Of a stretch of 64,000 nt of DNA, positions 35,028-44,097 are shown in pieces. Source of the DNA: Candidatus Methylomirabilia bacterium. GTDB lineage: Bacteria; Methylomirabilota; Methylomirabilia; Rokubacteriales; CSP1-6. Location: contig JBGQEL010000006.1 of NCBI GenBank assembly GCA_041496385.1, forward strand, positions 222 through 64,221. The letters are read 5' to 3'. The notes beneath the pieces are model-generated. The model was not told the origin of the DNA and ran no database searches. It worked only from the letters and a program-made list of their open reading frames with translations. Made by a program: the position numbers and the translations under genes. The stretch's first letter is position 1. Every line of letters starts with the position of its first letter.

Positions 35028-36020
35028 GTGCGCTGGCTCATCGTCCTCCCGTTCGAGCGCCCCGGGCTCATGGGCATGGACTTCGCCGAGGAGCTGCGGG
35101 CGCTCGGCCACGAGGTCCGCACCTTCGAGTACCGGAAGGACAATCCGCTCTACAAGAACCGGGGCACGAAGGCCGCGTACCAGATCTGGCTCCTGCGCCG
35201 CCTGGAGCGGCTGTGCCTCGCCTGGCGCCCGGCGCTCGTGCTCGTAATCAAAGGGGGACCGATCACGCCCGGGCTCATCCGCCGGGTGAAGCGCCGGCTC
35301 GACACGCGGTTCCTGAACTTCTTCCCCGACAACCCGCTCTGGATGATGCCGTTCGAGCACATCGAGGCGTACGACCTCTTCTTCACGAAGGAGCGCTACG
35401 CGCTGCGGAGCCTCCAGCAGGTCGGGCTCCGGAACCTGCACTACCTGCCCATGTACTGCGTGCCCGCGGCGCACCACCCGGTCGAGCCGACACCCGACCT
35501 GGCGCGACGCTGGGGCTCGCCCGTCTCGTTCGTCGGCAACCGCTACCCGTACCGCGAGCGCTTCGTGCGCGAGCTCCTCGAGTACCCCCTGCGGCTCTGG
35601 GGCGACGGCTGGTCGGGCTCGCCGGACGCGAAGGTGCGCGCGATCGCGGGGCCGCAGGTGTGGGGCGACGAGAAGCTCTGCGTCTACGCCGCCTCGACGC
35701 TCTCGCTCAACCACCACCATCCGATGAACGACATCGACGGCGTGAACACGCGGACCTTCGAGCTGGCCGCCGCCGGCGCCTGCCAGCTCGTGGACGACAA
35801 GGACGCCCTGCGCGGCCTCTTCAAGCCGGGTGAGGAGGTCCTCGCCTATCGCGATCTCGGCGAGCTCCGGCGCCAGCTCGACTTCTACCTCGCGCGCCCC
35901 GACGAGGCGCGCGCGATCGGCGCCAACGCGCGCCGGCGGGCGCTGGCCGAGCACACGCTCCGCCACCGGATCGAGGAGATGCTCAGCGCGGTCGACGACC
36001 GCTTTGGGAGGCGGACGTGA
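35028..36020 (+). CDS. CgeB-family / GT1-like glycosyltransferase
   Basis: The sequence ...FVGNRYPYRERFVRELLEYPLRLWGDGW...RTFELAAAGACQLVDD resembles the CgeB spore-maturation glycosyltransferase family. Confidence 0.6.
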   Translation: MRWLIVLPFERPGLMGMDFAEELRALGHEVRTFEYRKDNPLYKNRGTKAAYQIWLLRRLERLCLAWRPALVLVIKGGPITPGLIRRVKRRLDTRFLNFFPDNPLWMMPFEHIEAYDLFFTKERYALRSLQQVGLRNLHYLPMYCVPAAHHPVEPTPDLARRWGSPVSFVGNRYPYRERFVRELLEYPLRLWGDGWSGSPDAKVRAIAGPQVWGDEKLCVYAASTLSLNHHHPMNDIDGVNTRTFELAAAGACQLVDDKDALRGLFKPGEEVLAYRDLGELRRQLDFYLARPDEARAIGANARRRALAEHTLRHRIEEMLSAVDDRFGRRT

Positions 36021-37243
36021 CGGACTCACTCGCGCAGAGCCTCGTCTGCATCGACTGCGGCGCCGCGCAGAAACTCGGCTACGTGCTCGAGTGCGACCGC
36101 TGCCAGGGCCTCCTCGAGCTTCGCTACGACATTCCCCGCCTCTCCCGCGCGGGCGCCGCGCTCTTCTCGGGCACCGGCCTCTGGCGCTACGCGCCCGTCC
36201 TGCCGGTCGCCGATCCCGCGCATCGCGTGACGCTCGGCGAGGGCGCGACGCCCCTCCTGGACTGCCCGCGCCTCGCGAAGGAGCTGGGCGTCCGCCGGCT
36301 CCTCGCGAAGTTTGACGGGCCGAACCCGACGGGGACGGTGAAGGACCGCTCGTCGGCGACCGCCGTCGGCGCGGCGCTGCAGTTCGGCTACGCAGCGACG
36401 TCCGTCGTGAGCTCCGGCAACGCGGGCTCGTCAATCGCCGCCTACTCGGCGCGCGCGGGGCTGCGCTCGCTCATCTTCGCCTACGAGCGCGCGTCGGCCC
36501 CGAAGCTCCTGCACATGGCGGCGACGACCTCGGACCTGATCATCTACAAGGGCGTCTACGACGACCTGATCTCGCTCTGGGACCGGCTCGTCGGGGAGAA
36601 GCTCTTCTTCGACTGCGGCGCCTCGCGCAACGCCTACAAGCAGGAGGGCAAGAAGACGCTCGCCTACGAGATCGCCGAGCAGACCGGGTTCGCCCCGCCC
36701 GACGTCGTCGTCGCGCCCGTCGCGGTCGGCGAGACGTTCATCGCGATCGCGCGCGGCTTCCGGGAGATGCGCGAGGCGGGCTGGCTCGCGAAGGCGCCGC
36801 GCATGGTCGCGGCGCAGGCGGCGCGGGCGAACGCGGTCGTGCGCGCGTTCCGCGACGGCGGCGCGATCGCGCCGCTCAAGATCGGCTACACCGTGGCCGA
36901 GGGGCTCGCCGCGGGCGATCCCGGGAAGAAGGGGGCCTGGGTGCTGCGGCTCCTCCGCGAGCAGCAGGGCCTCGCCGGCGACGCGGAGGACGAGGAGATC
37001 CTCGCGGCGCAGCGCCGGCTCGCGCGCGCGGAGGGCATCTGGGCGGGGCCCACGGGCGTGGCCACGCTGGCCGTGCTGGTCCGCCTGCTCGCCGAGAAGC
37101 GGCTCGACCCCGCGCAGACGATCTGCGTCGTCCTGAGCGAGACGGGGCTCAAGACCGAGGCCGAGCCCCCGAGCCGGAGCGGCACGGCCTTCGACGCCGA
37201 CTCGCTCCGGCGTCTCGTCCACGAGCGCCTCGCAGCGCGGTAG
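36017..37243 (+). CDS. Threonine synthase-like PLP enzyme with N-terminal zinc ribbon
   Basis: The sequence begins CIDCGAAQKLGYVLECDRCQG and contains the PLP lysine motif (PTGTVKDRSSA) and SSGNAGSS. The protein is 408 aa. Confidence 0.8.
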   Translation: MTDSLAQSLVCIDCGAAQKLGYVLECDRCQGLLELRYDIPRLSRAGAALFSGTGLWRYAPVLPVADPAHRVTLGEGATPLLDCPRLAKELGVRRLLAKFDGPNPTGTVKDRSSATAVGAALQFGYAATSVVSSGNAGSSIAAYSARAGLRSLIFAYERASAPKLLHMAATTSDLIIYKGVYDDLISLWDRLVGEKLFFDCGASRNAYKQEGKKTLAYEIAEQTGFAPPDVVVAPVAVGETFIAIARGFREMREAGWLAKAPRMVAAQAARANAVVRAFRDGGAIAPLKIGYTVAEGLAAGDPGKKGAWVLRLLREQQGLAGDAEDEEILAAQRRLARAEGIWAGPTGVATLAVLVRLLAEKRLDPAQTICVVLSETGLKTEAEPPSRSGTAFDADSLRRLVHERLAAR

Positions 37244-37256
37244 CGCCGCCGCCCGG

Positions 37257-37850
37257 ATGCCGTTGCCGCGCCCCTTCTACCTGCGCCCCGCGCGGGCGGT
37301 CGCGCGCGACCTGCTCGGCTGCGTGCTCGTGTCGCGCCGCGCCGGCGCGGTCACCGCGGGCCGGATCGTGGAGACGGAGGCGTATCTCGGCCCCGAGGAC
37401 GGGGCGTCGCACGCCGCGATGCGGCCGGGGAGCCACGCGCTCCTCTACGGCCCCGGCGGCCACGCGTACGTCTACCTCAACTACGGGATGCACCACCTGC
37501 TCAACGCGGTCGCGGGCCCGGCGGGTCGCCCCGGGTGCGTGCTGATCCGCGCCCTCGCGCCGGTCGCCGGACTCGCCCTGATGGCGCGCCGGCGCGGTGT
37601 GCCGCGGAATTGCCCGCGGCTGGCGAGCGGGCCCGGCAACCTCGGGCGCGCGCTCGGCATCACGCTCGGGGACAGCGGGGCGGACCTCACGGCGGGCCGC
37701 CTGACGATCGAGCCGCCCGATCAGCCACGCGACTTCCGCATCGCGTCGGGCCCGCGCATCGGCATCACGCGCGCGGTACGCCTGCGCCTGCGCTTCTGGA
37801 TCGCGGGCGATCCCTGCGTCTCACGCGGCGCCGCCGCGGGAGGCGCCTGA
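37257..37850 (+). CDS. DNA-3-methyladenine glycosylase (Mpg/AAG family)
   Basis: The sequence FYLRPARAVARDLLGCVLV...RIVETEAYLGPED...HAYVYLNYGMHHLLN is the AAG-family signature. Confidence 0.8.
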   Translation: MPLPRPFYLRPARAVARDLLGCVLVSRRAGAVTAGRIVETEAYLGPEDGASHAAMRPGSHALLYGPGGHAYVYLNYGMHHLLNAVAGPAGRPGCVLIRALAPVAGLALMARRRGVPRNCPRLASGPGNLGRALGITLGDSGADLTAGRLTIEPPDQPRDFRIASGPRIGITRAVRLRLRFWIAGDPCVSRGAAAGGA

Positions 37851-37857
37851 CGCCGCG

Positions 37858-38610
37858 TCAGGGCTCCCGGCGGAGCGCCTCGGGGTCGAAGAGCGAGTCG
37901 GCCAGGTTGGTGTTGGCCCGGATGGAGCGCACGGTGATCAGCAGGAGGAGCTTGCCGTTCACGAAGGCCTCCTGCCGGTACGGGAAGTAGAAGCCGCCGA
38001 CGAGCGGGCGGTGCTCCGAGAACGCGAGATCCAGGAACACCGGCCCGCTCGACAGCCGCTCGCGCGTGACGAAGCGGACGACGCCGTACTCGCCGTCCAC
38101 CCACACGGAGGGCACGTCGCGATCGCCGGGCCTGGCGCCGATGACGGTGAGCGTGCGTCCCGCCACGCGCACGACGTGGCTGACGTCGTCACGCACGCCC
38201 TGGGCCTTCCACTCGGCCAGGAGGTCGGCGGCGCTACGCCGCAGGGGCACGAGGAGGCGCGTGCGATCGCTCCCCCGCTCGCCGCCGGGCGCGTCGTAGA
38301 CCTTGCCGTCGGCCCGGCGCTCCCAGACCCGGTCGCCGACGCTGAGCCGGACCTCGCGCTGTCCCTCGACGGTCTGCTCGAGCCGCTGCCGCAGCGGAAG
38401 CTTGAACAGGACGCGCTGCTCGCCCGTCGAATAGGGATGCTGCCCGTCCGGGTTGTAGAGCGTGAGGGTCTGGACGATGACCAGATCGGTCACGTTCACG
38501 CCCGCGAGCCGGGTCACGAATGCCTCGACCGCGGGCCGGGCGTCCTGCGCCGTGCTCGCGCCCGCGCCGAGCGACACCAGAACGAGAAGGAGGACGACGG
38601 CGCGGGCCAC
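37858..38610 (-). CDS. Hypothetical periplasmic protein (signal peptide; LolA-like size)
   Basis: A 250-aa protein starting MARAVVLLLVLVSLGAGASTAQ. There is no recognised motif. It is divergent from tolQ. Confidence 0.5.
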   Translation of the reverse strand: MARAVVLLLVLVSLGAGASTAQDARPAVEAFVTRLAGVNVTDLVIVQTLTLYNPDGQHPYSTGEQRVLFKLPLRQRLEQTVEGQREVRLSVGDRVWERRADGKVYDAPGGERGSDRTRLLVPLRRSAADLLAEWKAQGVRDDVSHVVRVAGRTLTVIGARPGDRDVPSVWVDGEYGVVRFVTRERLSSGPVFLDLAFSEHRPLVGGFYFPYRQEAFVNGKLLLLITVRSIRANTNLADSLFDPEALRREP

Positions 38611-38661
38611 GTCTCTGGTTATAATGGCTCGGTATCATGAACGCAAACCAAAGGAGCGCTC

Positions 38662-39372
38662 GTGCCTAGCGACACCCTGAACACCGGCATCCTCGCGCTC
38701 GTCTGGAACTCCGGGCCCATCGCGAAGGTCGTCCTGGCCGTCCTGCTGGTCTTCTCGATCGTGAGCTGGGCCCTCATCGTGGACAAGGCGTGGCAGCTGC
38801 GGCGCGTGCGGCGCCAGACGGTCGAATTCCTCCGGGCCTTCCGCGAGGGCCGCCGGCCGTCGATCATCCAGAGCGCTGCGCGCCGGCTGCGCGACAGCCC
38901 GCTCGCGCAGCTCTACACGGCCGCCTACCAGGAGGGGGCCGGGATGGTGGAGGCCCCCGACCGCGCGCTCGACGATCTCGACGACGGGTTGCCGCCCGAG
39001 CGGCTGGAGGCGGTCCACCGCGCCCTGCGGCGGGCCTCGTCGCACGAGATCGCGCAGCTCGAGCGCTACCTGCCCTTCCTCGCGACGACCGCGACCGCGA
39101 CGCCCTTCATCGGCCTCTTCGGCACGGTCTGGGGCGTCATCGCGGCCTTCCACGGCATCGGCCAGCAGGGCTCCGCGAGCCTCGCGGTCGTCGCGCCGGG
39201 CATCTCCGAGGCGCTCATCGCGACGGCCGCCGGCCTGGGCGCCGCGATCCCGGCCGTCATCGGCTACAACTACTTCATCAACCGCGTGAAGCACTGGGCG
39301 ACCGAGATGGACGGGTTCTCGCTCGATCTCCTGAACCTCCTGAGCCGGCCCGCGCCGAAAGTGAGCCGCTGA
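38662..39372 (+). CDS. tolQ: Tol-Pal system protein TolQ (MotA/TolQ/ExbB proton channel)
   Basis: Three TM helices are present and the C-terminal region matches TolQ (ATTATATPFIGLFGTVWGVI...APGISEALIATAAGL). The GTG start has an AAGGAG ribosome-binding site, and a TATAAT -10 lies ~35 nt upstream. Confidence 0.9.
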   Translation: MPSDTLNTGILALVWNSGPIAKVVLAVLLVFSIVSWALIVDKAWQLRRVRRQTVEFLRAFREGRRPSIIQSAARRLRDSPLAQLYTAAYQEGAGMVEAPDRALDDLDDGLPPERLEAVHRALRRASSHEIAQLERYLPFLATTATATPFIGLFGTVWGVIAAFHGIGQQGSASLAVVAPGISEALIATAAGLGAAIPAVIGYNYFINRVKHWATEMDGFSLDLLNLLSRPAPKVSR

Positions 39373-39377
39373 GCGCG

Positions 39378-39806
39378 ATGGCGTTCAACATCGAGCCCTC
39401 CGACGGCTCGCGGCGCGTCGGGTCGACGCTGGCCGAGATCAACATCATCCCGCTCGTGGACGTCGTGCTCGTCCTCCTGCTCATCTTCATGCTGACCGCG
39501 CCGATGATGTACCGCGGCATCGACGTCAACCTGCCGAAGGCCGCGGCGAAGCCCACCGCGGTCGAGGAGCGCCTGGTCCTCACCCTCACGAAGGACCAGT
39601 CGCTGTTCCTGAACGACAAGCGCGTCGCGGCCGGCGGCCTCGAGCAGGCGCTCCGCGGCGCCTTCGCCAACCGGACGGACAAGACGCTCTACCTCAAGGC
39701 GGACGCGGGACTCGCCTACGGTGCGGTGATCGAGACGATGGACCGCGTGCGACGGGCGGGCATCGAGCGGCTCGGGATGGTCACCGAGCCCGCGCGGGAG
39801 CGCTGA
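39378..39806 (+). CDS. tolR: Tol-Pal system protein TolR (ExbD/TolR)
   Basis: A 142-aa protein with a single TM helix and the conserved EINIIPLVDVVLVLLLIFM. Confidence 0.9.
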   Translation: MAFNIEPSDGSRRVGSTLAEINIIPLVDVVLVLLLIFMLTAPMMYRGIDVNLPKAAAKPTAVEERLVLTLTKDQSLFLNDKRVAAGGLEQALRGAFANRTDKTLYLKADAGLAYGAVIETMDRVRRAGIERLGMVTEPARER

Positions 39807-39829
39807 CGGCCCCCACGGCGGCCCCGGCC

Positions 39830-40654
39830 GTGAGACCGCGAGGGCGCCTCCACGTCGGTCCCGCGCTCCGGCGGCCCCGGCTGCCCCTCCGCTTCGCGCT
39901 CGTCTCCGTGGTCTTCCACGCGGCGTTCGTCGCGGCGGTGCTCTGGGGCAACTCCGTGTGGGGCGACAGCCGATCGAAGACCGTGTACGTGAACCTCGTG
40001 CCCGCCGTCGCCGCCGTCGGCCGCGCGCAGGGCGTCGCCGCGCTCCCGCCCCGGCCCGAGGACACGCCGCCGCGCGCGGCGCGCACGAGTCCGACCGACC
40101 TGCCCACACGCGAGCCGGCACGCGACCTGCCGGCGCGGGACCGTCCGCGCGAGAGCCTCGGGCTGCCCGATCCGGGCCTGCCCTCGCGCGCGCCCGGCCT
40201 TCCGCGTCCGGACGACCGCGATCTCCCGCGCGCGGCGAGCACCAGCGTCCCGCGGCCGACACCGGCGCCCGCGCCGGCGTCCACCCCGCGCGAGAGCAGC
40301 GCGCCGACCCCGCCGCTCGGCGCGCCGGGCGGCTCCGCGCAGGGCGCCGGCGCGCTCACCCTGAACGTCTCGGACTTTCCCCACGCGTGGTACATCGCGG
40401 CGATCCACCGGAAGATCAAGGAGCGGTGGGACAGCGTGGCGCTCGCCGGCCAGCAACCCGCCGTCGTCTTCGAGATCGCCCGCGGCGGCGAGCTCCGCGG
40501 CGTCCGCGTGGACAAGAGCTCCGGCAACCCGTACTACGATCAGGCCGCTGTCCGCGCCGTCACCGAGGCGAATCCCTTCCCGCCGCTCCCCGCCGACTTC
40601 AAGAAGCCGGTGCTGACCGTCGGGTTGCAGTTCGCGTTCGATCCGCAGCGATGA
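39830..40654 (+). CDS. tolA: TolA/TonB-family energy transducer (TolA by position)
   Basis: An N-terminal TM helix is followed by a long Pro-rich linker and a TonB-C-like C-terminal domain (GELRGVRVDKSSGNPYYDQAAVRAV). It lies between tolR and tolB. Confidence 0.7.
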   Translation: MRPRGRLHVGPALRRPRLPLRFALVSVVFHAAFVAAVLWGNSVWGDSRSKTVYVNLVPAVAAVGRAQGVAALPPRPEDTPPRAARTSPTDLPTREPARDLPARDRPRESLGLPDPGLPSRAPGLPRPDDRDLPRAASTSVPRPTPAPAPASTPRESSAPTPPLGAPGGSAQGAGALTLNVSDFPHAWYIAAIHRKIKERWDSVALAGQQPAVVFEIARGGELRGVRVDKSSGNPYYDQAAVRAVTEANPFPPLPADFKKPVLTVGLQFAFDPQR

Positions 40655-40663
40655 GGTAGCTCC

Positions 40664-41995
40664 GTGAGACGACACAGCGTCGCGGTCCTGATCGCCGTCC
40701 TCACGCTCGCGGCCGTCGCGGCGCCGTGGTCGCGCACGCCCGCGCCGCGGGCGCAGGCCGTGGACGTCTACATCAACATCACCGGCGGCGGCGGCAAGAA
40801 GCTCAACATCGCGATCCCGGAGTTCACCGTGGTCGCGGGCGCGGATCCGACCGGTCTGGGCAAGCAGCTCGCGGCGGTCGCCGGCAGCGACCTCACGTTC
40901 TCGGGTCTCTTCAGCGTCGTGGCGGGCACGGGCTCGATTCCCGCCAACAACCCCGACGCGCTCCGGCGGTCGTGGACGGAGTTCGCGGCGGCCGGCGCGC
41001 ACGCCGGGGTCCACGGCCTCCTGGCGCTCCGCGGCGAGCGGCTCGAGGGCGAGATGCGCCTCTACGACCTCACGACGCCGGAGCACCGTCTCATCGCGAC
41101 GAAGAAGTTCGAGGCGCAGGCGACCCAGCCCCGGCGCCTCGCGCACAAGATCGCCGACGACGTCGTCCTCCAGTTCACCGGCGAGGCGGGCGTGGCGGAC
41201 ACGAAGATCGCGTACGTGCGCGGGCCGGCGGGCGCGAAGGAGATCTGGATGGCGGACTACGACGGCGCGGGCGCCGCCGCCGTCACGCGCAACGGCTCGA
41301 TCAATCTCATGCCGGTCTGGAGCCCCGACGCCCGCTCGCTCGCGATCACCTCGTTCATGCAGGGCTACCCGGACCTCTACCGCATCTTCCCCTTCGAGCG
41401 CCGGCCGGCGCAGACGCTCGCGGCGTTCGCCGGCATCAACTCGTCGCCCGCGTGGAGCCCCGACGGGCGCTCGCTGGCGCTCACGCTCTCGAAGGACGGC
41501 AACCCCGAGATCTACGTCCTCACCGTCGCGAGCGGCACGCTGCGCCGTCTCACGCGTCACGCCGGCATCGACACCGAGCCCGTCTGGTCGCCGACCGGCC
41601 AGCAGATCGCGTTCGTGTCGGACCGCAACGGCGCGCCGCACGTCTTCGTCATGGACCTGGACGGCTCGAACGTCCGTCCGCTCACGTCGGGCGGCTTCCA
41701 CACGCAGCCGCGGTGGTCGCCCAGGGGCGACGCGATCGTCTACACGCAGCGCCAGGGCACCCACGATCTCTGGGCGATCAATCCCGACGGCTCGAATCCG
41801 CGCCGCATCACCGCGGGGCCGGGCGACAACCAGGGCGCGGCGTGGGCGCCGAACGGCCGCCATCTCGCGTTCCAGTCGAACCGGCTCGGGCGATGGCAGG
41901 TCTTCGCAATGGCGCTCGACGGCGCGCCGCCGCTCCAGGTCACCCAAGGGGCCGGCGAGTCCACAAGTCCCTCTTGGTCGCCGCGCATGCCGTGA
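40664..41995 (+). CDS. tolB: Tol-Pal system beta-propeller protein TolB
   Basis: A signal peptide is followed by the TolB N-terminal domain and repeated WSPDG/PxWSP propeller blades. The start is a GTG. Confidence 0.9.
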   Translation: MRRHSVAVLIAVLTLAAVAAPWSRTPAPRAQAVDVYINITGGGGKKLNIAIPEFTVVAGADPTGLGKQLAAVAGSDLTFSGLFSVVAGTGSIPANNPDALRRSWTEFAAAGAHAGVHGLLALRGERLEGEMRLYDLTTPEHRLIATKKFEAQATQPRRLAHKIADDVVLQFTGEAGVADTKIAYVRGPAGAKEIWMADYDGAGAAAVTRNGSINLMPVWSPDARSLAITSFMQGYPDLYRIFPFERRPAQTLAAFAGINSSPAWSPDGRSLALTLSKDGNPEIYVLTVASGTLRRLTRHAGIDTEPVWSPTGQQIAFVSDRNGAPHVFVMDLDGSNVRPLTSGGFHTQPRWSPRGDAIVYTQRQGTHDLWAINPDGSNPRRITAGPGDNQGAAWAPNGRHLAFQSNRLGRWQVFAMALDGAPPLQVTQGAGESTSPSWSPRMP

Positions 41996-42050
41996 TAGGA
42001 TGGTTTTCGATCTTGAGAATCAGCACCCAGAAAGTTCACAAGGAGGTGTC

Positions 42051-42638
42051 ATGGTCACGCGTGGGCTGAATTTGACGGTGCTGTCGTTGCTGCTGTTGGG
42101 CGTGGTCGCCGCCGGCTGCGCGAAGCGCCCCGCGACCACGTCGGTGTCGGCGCCGGCGCCGACCGCGCCTCCCGCCGCGGCCGCTCCTGCCGCCGCCGCT
42201 CCCATGGCCGCCGCTCCCGCGGCCGCCGCTCCCGCCGCGGCCGCACCCGCCGCGCCGGCCGCATCCACCGCGCGTCCGTCGCCGGCCGAGTTCATGGCGA
42301 TCCCGCAACTCGCGGACGTCGGCTTCGACTTCGACAAGTACGATATCCGGCCCGGCGACGCGAAGACGCTCGACGCGAATGCCGCCTGGCTGAAGACCAA
42401 CGCGAATCACCTGCTGCTCATCGAGGGCCACTGCGACGAGCGCGGCACGAACGAGTACAACCTCGCGCTCGGCGAGCGTCGTGCCAAGTCGACGATGAAC
42501 TACCTCGTGTCGCAGGGCGTGCAGGCGAGCCGCATCACGATCATCAGCTACGGCGAGGAGCGGCCGCAGTGCTCCGAGCACAACGAAGCGTGCTGGAGCA
42601 AGAATCGCCGCGCGCACTTCCTCGTCAAGCCCCGCTGA
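42051..42638 (+). CDS. pal: Peptidoglycan-associated lipoprotein Pal (OmpA family)
   Basis: The ribosome-binding site is AGGAGG, and the lipobox is LLGVVAAGC. The OmpA-like domain contains NLALGERRAKST...RITIISYGEERP. Confidence 0.9.
   Translation: MVTRGLNLTVLSLLLLGVVAAGCAKRPATTSVSAPAPTAPPAAAAPAAAAPMAAAPAAAAPAAAAPAAPAASTARPSPAEFMAIPQLADVGFDFDKYDIRPGDAKTLDANAAWLKTNANHLLLIEGHCDERGTNEYNLALGERRAKSTMNYLVSQGVQASRITIISYGEERPQCSEHNEACWSKNRRAHFLVKPR
42166..42262 (+). repeat. About six tandem 15-nt repeats (GCYCCNGCSGCSGCC) encoding the (AAAAP)n linker in Pal
   Basis: The DNA reads gct ccc/t gcc/g gcc/g gcc iterated. The protein reads APAAAAPAAAAPMAAAPAAAAPAAAAPAAP. Confidence 0.6.
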
Positions 42639-43552
42639 GCCACGCTGAGCCGTTCGCGAGGAGGAGAACCAAGGTTCTCCTCCTCGTCGTCGTTCTGGCC
42701 GCGGGCGGCTGCGCGAGCGCCGCCGAGGTGACGGGCGTCGCGACCCAACAGGATCTGTTCGAGGTCCGCACGGACCTGGCCCGGACCCAGCAGACCGCCC
42801 AGCGCGCGAAGACCGACGTCGACGGCCTCGCCGCACAGCTCGAGCGGCGCGCGCGCGAGCAGAGCGCGCAGGCCGAGCGCCAGGACAAGGCCCTGGCCGA
42901 ACGGCTGGACGGCCTCGCCGCAACCCTCTCCGCCCTCGCCGCGCGCGTCGACGAGCTCTCGACGCGCCTCGAGACGCTCGGCCGCCAGACGCGCGCCGCC
43001 ACCCCGGGGCCCGCCGCCACGCCCGGCCCCGCGGCGCCCGCGGTGACGGCGACACCCACGCGCCCCGCCCCCGCCACCCCGCCCCCGACGTCGCCCGCGC
43101 CCGCCGGACCCAGCCGGCCCACGACGGGCGCGCTCCAGCCCCAGGACACCTACCAGGCCGCGTACATCGATTTCAGCAAGGGCAGCTACTCCCTGGCGAT
43201 CGCCGGCTTCCGCGAGTTCCTGCGGCGGTATCCCGAGCACGAGCTGGCCGGCAACGCGCAGTACTGGATCGGTGAAGCGTACCTGAGCCTCGCGCGCGGC
43301 TACGTGTCGGGCAGTCAGGCGGACAAGGCGACGGAGTCGCTGAACCAGGCCGTGCTCGAGTTCAGGAAGGTGCTGGCGAACCATCCGCGCGGCGAGAAGG
43401 TGTCGACGGCGATCTACAAGGAAGCGCTCGCGCTGATCGAGCTCAAGCAGCCGCAGGTCGCGCAGCAACGCCTGCAGTACCTCGTGGACAATTTTCCGCA
43501 GGCCGAGGAAGTACCGCTCGCGCGCGAGCGGCTCGCCGCGCTCAAGCAGTAG
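42569..43552 (+). CDS. ybgF: Tol-Pal system protein YbgF/CpoB (TPR lipoprotein); start codon uncertain
   Basis: The lipobox VLAAGGC is followed by a coiled-coil, a Pro/Thr linker and C-terminal TPRs (ELAGNAQYWIGEAYL...). The only canonical in-frame starts lie inside pal, at the ATG at 42569 or a GTG at ~42590. A strong GGAGGAG ribosome-binding site lies 7 nt upstream of a GTT codon at ~42672. Confidence 0.75.
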   Translation: MLRAQRSVLEQESPRALPRQAPLSHAEPFARRRTKVLLLVVVLAAGGCASAAEVTGVATQQDLFEVRTDLARTQQTAQRAKTDVDGLAAQLERRAREQSAQAERQDKALAERLDGLAATLSALAARVDELSTRLETLGRQTRAATPGPAATPGPAAPAVTATPTRPAPATPPPTSPAPAGPSRPTTGALQPQDTYQAAYIDFSKGSYSLAIAGFREFLRRYPEHELAGNAQYWIGEAYLSLARGYVSGSQADKATESLNQAVLEFRKVLANHPRGEKVSTAIYKEALALIELKQPQVAQQRLQYLVDNFPQAEEVPLARERLAALKQ

Positions 43553-43564
43553 GGGGACGTCCGG

Positions 43565-44053
43565 CTAGTCGTCGAGCCCGAAGACCCACACGACCGTCAT
43601 GTCCTTCTCGGGCGCGTGGTAGATCATGACGCTGCCACCGGGATGATCGGTGTCGGCGGAGCTGACGACGACCGCGTTCTCGAGGGACGTGGGGACGAGC
43701 GCCTGCCACTCCCAGATCGTCACGGAGGCGAGCGCCGCGGCGGCCAGCGCGCCGCCGAGGGCCCAGCGCGGCTGCCGCCAGACGGGCCGGCGCCTGGGCG
43801 CGGGCACGAGTCGCGCGGCGTCGATCCCCCGGACGACGCCGGGCCAGAACCCCGTCCAGTCGGGCTCGGCGGGCACGACGGCCCGGCCCAGCGAGCGCTG
43901 GAGGAGCGCCTTCATGCGTCGCAGTCCCTCGGCCTGGCGCTGGCAGGCCGCGCATCCTGCCAGGTGGCGCTCCGCGGCCGACGCGGCGGCACCCTCCAGG
44001 GCGCCGTCGAGATAGGCACCGATTCTCCGCCGCGTCCGAAAACAGTTCAGCAC
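43565..44053 (-). CDS. zf-HC2 (ZAS) domain anti-sigma-factor-like membrane protein
   Basis: The sequence begins (GTG)LNCFRTRRRIGAYLDGALEG...ERHLAGCAACQ, with the H-x3-C-x2-C zinc motif, and has one TM helix (LGGALAAAALASVTIW). No adjacent ECF sigma gene is present. Confidence 0.55.
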   Translation of the reverse strand: MLNCFRTRRRIGAYLDGALEGAAASAAERHLAGCAACQRQAEGLRRMKALLQRSLGRAVVPAEPDWTGFWPGVVRGIDAARLVPAPRRRPVWRQPRWALGGALAAAALASVTIWEWQALVPTSLENAVVVSSADTDHPGGSVMIYHAPEKDMTVVWVFGLDD

Positions 44054-44097
44054 GGCTGTTGGACGGAGCTGCCCCCTGCCCGTATTCTCATGCCGGC

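Noticed and set aside
38619-38867. An 82-aa minus-strand ORF overlapping the tolQ start region
   Set aside because: It is Arg-rich and antisense to tolQ. It has no ribosome-binding site.
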